From positions 2,193 to 66,192 of the forward strand of contig JAIDRE010000059.1 of NCBI GenBank assembly GCA_029061925.1: a stretch of 64,000 bases of DNA. The letters are read 5' to 3'. Each line of letters opens with the position of its first letter. Positions within the stretch are counted from its first letter, which is position 1. The DNA is from Muribaculaceae bacterium. Lineage in GTDB: Bacteria > Bacteroidota > Bacteroidia > Bacteroidales > Muribaculaceae. Shown one piece after another: positions 27,139 to 34,390 of the stretch. The notes under the pieces are model-generated. The model saw only the letters and a list, made by a program, of their open reading frames with translations, was not told where the DNA came from and searched no databases. The translations under genes were made by a program, and so were the position numbers.

Positions 27139-29442
27139 ATGAAAGCAATATATCTAGATTTACACATACATACCTCAGAAGATGCAAATAAGCCTAATGC
27201 ATCCTATGATATAGCAGAATTGGTTCGTAAGATCAAGGAGTATAATGACAACTCTGATTTTATGATTTCCCTTACTGATCATAATATGATTAATAAGGAT
27301 GCTTACCTCAAGGGATTGGCATTAGGAATTAAAATGATTTTAGGGGTTGAATTACATATCAAACATGAAGATGATGTAAAGGCTTATCATTGTCATATGT
27401 TCATCAATAAAGAAATTACAGAAGATACAATTGATGACATAAACAAGATACTAGATAAACTATACCCAGAAAAATTACCGAATAGAACAGAGTCGTCTAT
27501 CCCTGATATTCAGCAGATAATTAATAGTTTTGATGATTATGATTTTATGCTTTTGCCTCATGGCTCTCAACGACATGGAGCGTTCAATTATTCAATTGGC
27601 AAGGATAAACGTTTAGACAATGCAATAAATAGATCCATATACTATAATCAATTTGATGGATTTACTGCTCGAAGTAATGACGGTTTAGAACAAACAAATG
27701 AGTATTTTAAAAAGCTCGGTATTGCCGAGTTCATTAATTTACTTACTTGTTCTGATAACTATTCTCCCAGTAGTTATCCATCCACAAAAAGTAAAGAAGC
27801 AAATGAATTTGTTCCAACATGGATGTTTGCAGAACCAACATTTGATGGCCTTCGCCTGTCCTTGTCTGAATCATCTAGATTAGTGGTACAAAAAGATAAA
27901 CCTGTAGTCAGAACTGATCATATTGGACATATAGTGCTCAAGAATGAACATATTGACATTGATGTAACATTATCGGATGGTTTAAATGTGGTTATTGGAG
28001 GATCCTCTTCTGGGAAGACTCTATTTGTCGATTCAATTTTTAAGGCCATTAATCATTCGTTTGAAGGTTCAAAATATGTCGATAGATATGGGGTAGATCG
28101 AATTGCAGTTGAGAATCCTTCAAATATGCTTCCGTATTACATCTCTCAAAATTTCATTGCAGAGAATATTAGTGATAACAATGAGAAGTCTATTGACGAA
28201 ATAGAAATACTTCATAATATTTTCCCATCAGACAAAGAAATTAATCAGCAGATTACAACGGCATTAAATTCTCTGAATACCATTGTTGCAAATATGTTAA
28301 ATCATGTAGCAACAATTGAATCTTGTATAACGTCACTCAATGCCCTTCCACACCCAGGAATGATGGTGGTTAATACTGTAGTAAAAAGGAATATCTATAA
28401 TTCGTTTATACCTAAAGATGAAGAGACAAATAGTATTAAATACTCTCAACCTACATATGAGGAGCATTTAAAGAACCTTCAAGAGATTAAGATATTCCTT
28501 GAGAATAATCCTCTGACGCAAGATCTAATTAGAGAGTTTCAATCTATAGAAAACGAATTAAAATTTGCTTATCAAGCAAGTAATGTTTCTAATGAAATAT
28601 TACACCACATATTGGATAGAAAGAAGAATGTTGATGTCCATTTGCGTGAAACACAGGGCATTGATCAAGAACGATTACAGAATAAGGAACGTTTAATGAC
28701 GTTAATTGCCAAATATGTATCAGCAATAAAAGGTTTTTATGCATGTAGAAAGCAATTGTCTGAAACTAAATATTCCTTTTCTACGAATATTGTTGAGTCA
28801 ATGGGACATAAATTATCTATTCATAATAATTTTAAGTTTGATGAAAATATCCTAATCACCACTCTAAACCAATATCTTAAATATTCGTTTAAGAGAATGA
28901 GTGATGTTATCCCGGAGAATTTATTCAAAAGGTATTTTAAAGATCGTCCCCGGGTTGAGTCGTACGATGAATTAGGTAGAAAGATTCAATCGTACTTGTC
29001 GGATGCCAATACAAAATCATATCAAATCACGACAAGCAATGGTGTCGACTTTAATTCACTGAGTCCGGGATGGAAAACGGCGATCTTATTAGATTTAATA
29101 TTAGGATATGAGGATGATAATGCCCCAATAATTATTGATCAACCAGAGGATAATCTTGCAGTAAAATATATTAACTCTGATCTCGTTGCCACTATAAAAA
29201 GAGTAAAAACCAGAAAGCAGGTAATTCTAGTTTCCCATAACGCGACCATTCCTATGATGGCGGATGCTCAGACAATTATTTTGTGTGAGAACGACGGTTC
29301 CAAAATCACTATTCGGTCTGCATCTTTAGAAGGTTTAATCGGAGACAAAAAGGTTCTTGACTATATCGCGGATCAAACTGATGGAGGAAAATCATCAATA
29401 AAAAAACGTGTGAAAAAATATAACTTTAGACATTTTAATTAG
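27139..29442 (+). CDS. PHP-domain phosphoesterase fused to a Rad50/SbcC/RecF-like ABC ATPase with a long helical insert
   Basis: PHP motifs: DLHIHTSED (aa 7-15), LTDHN (aa 45-49), GVELH (aa 69-73), LLPHG (aa 138-142). ATPase motifs: Walker A GGSSSGKT (aa 287-294, nt 27997-28020), signature-like LSPGWKT (aa 641-647), Walker B PIIIDQPED (aa 663-671, nt 29125-29151), H-loop VSHN (aa 698-701). About 340 aa separate Walker A from the signature. The architecture recalls the single-gene Ppl system (PplA) and possibly the name TrlF-like AAA ATPase. That is from memory and needs an HMM check. Confidence 0.75.
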   Translation: MKAIYLDLHIHTSEDANKPNASYDIAELVRKIKEYNDNSDFMISLTDHNMINKDAYLKGLALGIKMILGVELHIKHEDDVKAYHCHMFINKEITEDTIDDINKILDKLYPEKLPNRTESSIPDIQQIINSFDDYDFMLLPHGSQRHGAFNYSIGKDKRLDNAINRSIYYNQFDGFTARSNDGLEQTNEYFKKLGIAEFINLLTCSDNYSPSSYPSTKSKEANEFVPTWMFAEPTFDGLRLSLSESSRLVVQKDKPVVRTDHIGHIVLKNEHIDIDVTLSDGLNVVIGGSSSGKTLFVDSIFKAINHSFEGSKYVDRYGVDRIAVENPSNMLPYYISQNFIAENISDNNEKSIDEIEILHNIFPSDKEINQQITTALNSLNTIVANMLNHVATIESCITSLNALPHPGMMVVNTVVKRNIYNSFIPKDEETNSIKYSQPTYEEHLKNLQEIKIFLENNPLTQDLIREFQSIENELKFAYQASNVSNEILHHILDRKKNVDVHLRETQGIDQERLQNKERLMTLIAKYVSAIKGFYACRKQLSETKYSFSTNIVESMGHKLSIHNNFKFDENILITTLNQYLKYSFKRMSDVIPENLFKRYFKDRPRVESYDELGRKIQSYLSDANTKSYQITTSNGVDFNSLSPGWKTAILLDLILGYEDDNAPIIIDQPEDNLAVKYINSDLVATIKRVKTRKQVILVSHNATIPMMADAQTIILCENDGSKITIRSASLEGLIGDKKVLDYIADQTDGGKSSIKKRVKKYNFRHFN

Positions 29443-29451
29443 AGCAAGAAG

Positions 29452-29697
29452 ATGACATTAAAATTTGATAAGACTCCAAATGGAGACATCTCGATATGTA
29501 TCTATGATGGTACAAATATTCTACCATTCTCATATGTTGAGTTAATCAAGAATATAATGGCAAACGATATTATTGAAACTGATTACTCATCATCAATAAC
29601 AGAAGATGAACACAAGCAAATTGATGAACTAATTACCGAAATAGAATGCGTGGTGCATCCTAAAAGTGAATCAGATGCCACACCCTCTCTGTTTTGA
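29452..29697 (+). CDS. hypothetical small acidic protein (81 aa)
   Basis: ATG lies 9 nt after the stop of the PHP-ATPase gene. By my count it has 16 Asp/Glu against 5 Lys and no Arg. I recognise no family. Confidence 0.5.
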   Translation: MTLKFDKTPNGDISICIYDGTNILPFSYVELIKNIMANDIIETDYSSSITEDEHKQIDELITEIECVVHPKSESDATPSLF

Positions 29698-29779
29698 CGT
29701 AACTGCCTAGGCGAAAGGGGTATTGACAGTCGCTTCATCGTAATAAATTGTAATATATATCTGTCCAATTTATAGAAAT

Positions 29780-30628
29780 ATGAAACTTATATATAAAAGT
29801 CGAGGATTTCCTATTACTATAGAGAAATATATCCCAAATTCTTTTGCATACGATCAATGGGTTATATCGGACGAATATTCTAAAGTAGCTGTTGGTAATG
29901 AATATAGGATTGTCGTAACTTCTTTGGCTGATATACGAGACCATAATGACCTAACTCTTATAGCAGTCCAAACTTCCGCATTTATAGAAAAGCTAACCAT
30001 GCTTCTAAAGTATGCGGTAGGCATGTCACTAAATTCTCCACATAAGCAAATAACATATCGGTGTACACGTGGTATTGATATTAGAGAATTACCTAATGGG
30101 TGGAATGCCAACATAGACGAAATAGACTCTTTCTTAATGGAAACTCGTTCGTCACACATTAGTATAACTGTATTTCCCAATAACGCCAATATGCCTACTT
30201 CTGCGTTGCCAGAATTACAAATAGCACTTAACAACTACGATGCACTTGATGAGGAAATAAAGGATCTGATAGCTCTTCATAATAGTGCTGTTGAATCAGA
30301 TGAGCGCTCATGTTTCCTTATTATGAGTAAAGTTCTTGATATGATAAACTTCTTATATCCTCCATCTAAATCTCATCCCCATAATGATAAAAGGATCTCA
30401 CAATATTTTCCGGAACTTCAGCCTTTTTTCATTGACACAACGATAAGGAAATTATTTGAAATATCAAATCAAAGAAAAGAGACGAGACACTACGAAAATC
30501 AGAAGACCCGTACTCCCCACAAATCCATTAAAGGACACGAAGCAGAACAATTTTTCCAACGTGTTGATGTGCTTGCATTATCGGTTGTCCGGAACAGGTT
30601 AGGATTGCCACCTCTAAATATAATATAA
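29780..30628 (+). CDS. hypothetical protein (282 aa); helical C-terminal half with an Rx4H motif (possible HEPN-like)
   Basis: Longest ORF in this interval and on the same strand as its neighbours. RKETRH (aa 232-237, nt 30473-30490) is flanked by predicted helices. I recognise no family. Confidence 0.5.
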   Translation: MKLIYKSRGFPITIEKYIPNSFAYDQWVISDEYSKVAVGNEYRIVVTSLADIRDHNDLTLIAVQTSAFIEKLTMLLKYAVGMSLNSPHKQITYRCTRGIDIRELPNGWNANIDEIDSFLMETRSSHISITVFPNNANMPTSALPELQIALNNYDALDEEIKDLIALHNSAVESDERSCFLIMSKVLDMINFLYPPSKSHPHNDKRISQYFPELQPFFIDTTIRKLFEISNQRKETRHYENQKTRTPHKSIKGHEAEQFFQRVDVLALSVVRNRLGLPPLNII

Positions 30629-30666
30629 TTAAATTTTAGGTCAACTTATAAACATAGAAAAAGATT

Positions 30667-31008
30667 ATGAATTCCAATGATATACGCCCTTTGATAAATC
30701 AACTTTCCAAATCAACCTCAAAGGAAGAACAAATAATCATTAAATCCTTCCTCTCTGGCTCGTATAAAGCAGAGTATGATTATGTAATGGCAATTTTAGA
30801 TAAGTCTATTTGTGTCTCTAAAATTTCAAGTGATGCAATAGACAAGGCTGTTGAATGTACTAAATTATTCAACGAGGCTATGGCATTATCTCAGGATCTC
30901 AATGAGGAACAACGAAAAGAAGCGGAATTACGCCGTGAAGGAATTGCGCAAGAATTCAAAGAGCATTGTTATGCGACAATACGCTCTTATGGTATAAAAA
31001 TTGAATAA
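30667..31008 (+). CDS. hypothetical helical protein (113 aa)
   Basis: ATG lies 38 nt after the previous stop and the composition is helix-rich. It is the last gene before the convergent minus-strand gene. I recognise no family. Confidence 0.45.
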   Translation: MNSNDIRPLINQLSKSTSKEEQIIIKSFLSGSYKAEYDYVMAILDKSICVSKISSDAIDKAVECTKLFNEAMALSQDLNEEQRKEAELRREGIAQEFKEHCYATIRSYGIKIE

Positions 31009-31067
31009 TCCATCTATTTGGGGAAACTTTTTGATTAAAATATATTAAGGACTGGTAATAAGTAAGT

Positions 31068-32528
31068 TTAATCTTTTACAACAACCCAATGCCCATTTTT
31101 ATCACTCCCTTCGCGTGCTATCATACCTAATTGGCGGAGAGCCATAGTTGCTCGTTTTGCGGTTTTGTCTGTTATAGATAATTGTTCTGCTATTTCTCGA
31201 TGAGTTATATTGTGATTCTCTTTAATTCGAGCAAGAACTTGTCGCTGTGTCTCGGTTAGATTTACAGGGACATTTACAGGGACATTTACAGGGACATTTA
31301 CAGGGACATTTTTAGCATCATCACTATTTTCTGTTTTTCTTTGGATAGCTGATTTCAGAGGGAAAGAGACTATGGCTTTTGTCCGGTCACTATCAACTGA
31401 CGGGCGTGTCCCTGTAAGTGACTCCCAGCTTGCAAGTTTATTCATTCCGTAACCGGCATTTTCAGCGATACCGACAAATCTGAACAGTTTCGCAATAGTC
31501 GGATTGCGGAGCTTGGAGTAAACTTTTCCAATAATGTCTTTTACAGGGAGCGGGAAGCATCCTCCGTTCATAAACTCTATATGATCGGTATAAACGCGGA
31601 TACAGGAGCGCAACGAATCGAAGTGGTCGCCGTGCATAACCATATTTGCAAGTGCCTCTCTGAGAACATTATATTGGCTCTCATCTGTTGTCGCAAATCC
31701 ATCTTCTTTAATATGGATTGGTGCATCAACAAGTGTACGAAATCGTCGCAAAATAATTTGGACTGAATCCCATATATTGTCTTGTTCTGGTATTCGATAT
31801 GTGTATCTAACTTCTGCCTGTTCAATAGTTGGACCGGGGATTTCGATATAGTCAACACAGAATGTCGGCACATAGCGTAAGACATAGGGAGCTTTGCCGA
31901 ACATCAGAAGTCCGGCATAGGTTAGCAAACCATTTCGCGTGATGTTGACCTGCTCGCAGAATTCAGCATCATCCACCTCGCGGAGATTGACAAGATTTTG
32001 CGTCTGACTAAGTGCGAATCTATAACTTTTTAATGTATTGAGATTAAGCATATCAATACTCGTATCGGGAATAGTCTCCTCGGTTTTCTTTCCAAAGGAT
32101 TGATCACGAAACATGGCGCGTATCTCACCTTCAGTTGCCCTTTGGTCTCCGCTACCCATTCTGATGAATGTGTTGATAGGGCTACCATAATATACCGGTT
32201 TTAAATCAACCTCCGGTACATAAAAAGCAAGAAGTTTCTTGCCGTCAATGTCGTATTGCTTAGAAGTTACTGCCAATCTTTGGTTAAACTTCTCTGATCG
32301 CAGAGTGCCAAGAAAATCCTGTTCAAGTTTCTCAATGTTATCCACCCCTTGTATCTCAAATGTCTTGCCGGTCTGCTTCACTCCGAGTACAATCCATCCG
32401 CCGGAGGTATTCGAGAATGCGCTGACGCTTTCCCAGATATTCTTCGGTAACTCAGATTTTGCAGCCTTGACTTCAAAATCTTCCCATTCTATGTCGTGCA
32501 GCTTTGCTACAAGTTCATTCTTGGTCAT
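31068..32528 (-). CDS. COG2865-type protein: AlbA_2 (Schlafen-like) N-domain + HATPase_c_4-like domain + C-terminal wHTH
   Basis: N-terminal E(W)EDFEVKAA...SAFSNTSGGWIVLGV pattern, central ...REALANMVMHGDH..., and C-terminal wHTH (LTETQRQVLARIKENHNITHREIAEQLSITDKTAKRATMALRQLG). Confidence 0.75.
   Translation of the reverse strand: MTKNELVAKLHDIEWEDFEVKAAKSELPKNIWESVSAFSNTSGGWIVLGVKQTGKTFEIQGVDNIEKLEQDFLGTLRSEKFNQRLAVTSKQYDIDGKKLLAFYVPEVDLKPVYYGSPINTFIRMGSGDQRATEGEIRAMFRDQSFGKKTEETIPDTSIDMLNLNTLKSYRFALSQTQNLVNLREVDDAEFCEQVNITRNGLLTYAGLLMFGKAPYVLRYVPTFCVDYIEIPGPTIEQAEVRYTYRIPEQDNIWDSVQIILRRFRTLVDAPIHIKEDGFATTDESQYNVLREALANMVMHGDHFDSLRSCIRVYTDHIEFMNGGCFPLPVKDIIGKVYSKLRNPTIAKLFRFVGIAENAGYGMNKLASWESLTGTRPSVDSDRTKAIVSFPLKSAIQRKTENSDDAKNVPVNVPVNVPVNVPVNLTETQRQVLARIKENHNITHREIAEQLSITDKTAKRATMALRQLGMIAREGSDKNGHWVVVKD
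31261..31308. repeat. perfect 12-bp tandem repeat x4 (TTACAGGGACAT), in frame
   Basis: Read directly from the sequence. It encodes (NVPV)x4, seen in the protein as VPVNVPVNVPVNVPVN, between the HATPase-like domain and the wHTH of the gene at 31068-32528. Confidence 0.95.
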
Positions 32529-32574
32529 TTCAATTGCAAAGTTACAAAAATAACCTCAACAACTGCAATAATAC

Positions 32575-32623
32575 TCATTTTATTAGCAATATCTTTGTTA
32601 ATAGGCGCTAAATTACTACCTTT
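32575..32623. repeat. 49-bp direct repeat, copy 1
   Basis: TCATTTTATTAGCAATATCTTTGTTAATAGGCGCTAAATTACTACCTTT is identical to 34391-34439. It ends 5 nt before the abiEii stop codon. Confidence 0.95.
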
Positions 32624-32628
32624 ATCTT

Positions 32629-33639
32629 TTAATTATCTCTAAACTTATTTTCTATCTTTGCTACAACCCCGAGTATATCTGCAAACGAGGGTACATTATC
32701 TTCGTATATCATATTCATGACCATTGTATCATAATCGTTTTCCCATTCTGCTATGACACTTTCAGGAGGAGTGAGGGTAATACGTTTGCGAACGTCCGGT
32801 GTGTAGTTAACATCGCGTATTGAAGTAAATACTTCCCGATGATGACGAATGGTTTCCCACAGTTCATCATCTTGAATAGCTTTGTTAGCGATTCCAGCCT
32901 CATACATCTTGTATATATCATACAAGTGTCGTGATTTACGATTGGCATTCCGGCAACCATCAGTTGTGAATAACTCATGAAGCAGGAATACCTTTTCAAG
33001 AAATGTCTTTTCTGCAACAGCCACAACAATCTGAACTTCGTTGTCATTTGATGTAAGATGTGGAAACATCCCAGATACAAAAGATTCAACCTTTGTTTTG
33101 GCTGTCGGTTCGAAAAGAGACCGGGCTCCAACTTCCAGCAGAACCTCATCACGGAGATATGGATTAGCTCCAGAGGGAAATACTGACTTATAGATAATAT
33201 GAATCTGCCGAGGTTCTGGATATGTCGCATCTCCTTCACCATCGGGGTCAGCTTTAATCGTCACAAATCCACTTAATCCTGCTTGTTCTACCGCCATTTT
33301 CAGATCATTGGCGAAAGTATCACGAACAAATACAGACGACACTTTACGCAATTTCTTTAACTCCTTCTTGGTTACATTACCATCAATTCCGAACATACTG
33401 CGATCTATGGCAATGTCAATATCTTCAGAGAACCGTAGTATGACTCCCCAAACTTTGCTCAGTGATGTACCACCTTTGAACACCATCTTTTCAGCGTATG
33501 GTAGAGAGAAAAGAATATTGAGTATTTCCGTTACCCAAAAATCTTTCTCAATTGCAGCCACCGGAAGTTTTATCTTTGCGGCCGTCTGCTCAAAAACAGT
33601 TCTTCTTTGAGTCTCGGTAAGTGTCAGAAATTTATTCAT
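32629..33639 (-). CDS. abiEii: AbiEii/AbiGii-family nucleotidyltransferase toxin (DUF1814)
   Basis: FKGGTSLSKVWGVILRFSEDIDIAIDR is the NTase motif (GG[ST]...R.S.DID) of this family. Confidence 0.88.
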   Translation of the reverse strand: MNKFLTLTETQRRTVFEQTAAKIKLPVAAIEKDFWVTEILNILFSLPYAEKMVFKGGTSLSKVWGVILRFSEDIDIAIDRSMFGIDGNVTKKELKKLRKVSSVFVRDTFANDLKMAVEQAGLSGFVTIKADPDGEGDATYPEPRQIHIIYKSVFPSGANPYLRDEVLLEVGARSLFEPTAKTKVESFVSGMFPHLTSNDNEVQIVVAVAEKTFLEKVFLLHELFTTDGCRNANRKSRHLYDIYKMYEAGIANKAIQDDELWETIRHHREVFTSIRDVNYTPDVRKRITLTPPESVIAEWENDYDTMVMNMIYEDNVPSFADILGVVAKIENKFRDN

Positions 33640-34237
33640 AGGAATCGAGTATAATCTTACGGATCCATGCCGGAATCAAGGCAAAATCCTTTTTTATTGT
33701 TTCAAACGGTATGGTTTTAACTATATTGCGGATATGTGCAAGTTGGCTATCGTTAATATTATTTTCTCCGATTTCGCGCAGAGCAAAAGTGAGAAGCATG
33801 GCGATTTCATTCCGGAAGGCCAGATTTTTTTTAGCAGTATGCTTGAACTGTATTCCCCTACTACCCTCTAACTTTACTTTACGCGGAGAACCATCTGTCA
33901 AATACACCACATTCATCGGCAACTGGGTTGATAATCCAAGCTTATTAAGCGCATACGCTCCTGTAGGAACAATCGTAGCTTTGTCACGCCTTGCAATAGC
34001 GGCTGCAATGTCCTCAATTGTGGGATAAAGAATACCCAATCCCAAAACCTTATCAATTTTTGGATAACAATAGACACCTTGCGCCACCCGAAGCAATTGT
34101 TTGGACGCAACAAGCCGTCCGAAAGCCTTATGAACTGCATTAAGCGTGCCATATGAAGCGAAATCCTGCGGAAATACAATTGTACCCCTTCCGCGTTTAG
34201 CCATATTTGTTAATATCTTATTTTCAATAGATTGCAT
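33632..34237 (-). CDS. abiEi: AbiEi-family antitoxin (DUF6088-like wHTH)
   Basis: 201 aa directly upstream of abiEii with an 8-nt overlap. The N-terminal wHTH-like segment is GTIVFPQDFASYGTLNAVHKAFGRLVASKQLLRVAQGVYCYPK. Confidence 0.8.
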   Translation of the reverse strand: MQSIENKILTNMAKRGRGTIVFPQDFASYGTLNAVHKAFGRLVASKQLLRVAQGVYCYPKIDKVLGLGILYPTIEDIAAAIARRDKATIVPTGAYALNKLGLSTQLPMNVVYLTDGSPRKVKLEGSRGIQFKHTAKKNLAFRNEIAMLLTFALREIGENNINDSQLAHIRNIVKTIPFETIKKDFALIPAWIRKIILDSYE

Positions 34238-34261
34238 TCGTTTTTGCCAATTATTTTGTCA

Positions 34262-34293
34262 CAAATTTACAATAAATTTCTGACAAAACCAAA
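34262..34293 (-). promoter_or_regulatory. putative abiE promoter
   Basis: On the minus strand: TTTG (34293-34290), 20 nt, TAAATTTG (34269-34262), about 25 nt upstream of the abiEi ATG. A palindrome ACTTCATT-AAA-AATGAAGT (34302-34320) abuts it. Confidence 0.4.
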
Positions 34294-34390
34294 TTAAAAA
34301 TACTTCATTAAAAATGAAGTGTACCTACAAAGCGTTTTAAAAACACATAATTTTGCACCTATTTTGGATGGATTAAGTACGCATAATTCA

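Noticed and set aside
29723-29751. E. coli-like TTGACA hexamer in the gap before the 282-aa ORF, a possible internal promoter
   Set aside because: There is no acceptable -10 hexamer at 16-18 nt spacing and no TAnnTTTG box. Bacteroidota primary sigma factors do not use the TTGACA/TATAAT consensus.
29735-30234. Minus-strand ORFs 29735-29944 and 29854-30234 overlapping the 282-aa gene
   Set aside because: They are antisense to a longer co-directional ORF in the operon. The translations are low-complexity and no promoter signal is present.
31261-31308. Short perfect tandem repeat that might be mistaken for a CRISPR-like array
   Set aside because: The units are 12 bp, contiguous with no spacers, and lie in frame inside a long ORF. 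No cas genes are present. It is a coding microsatellite.
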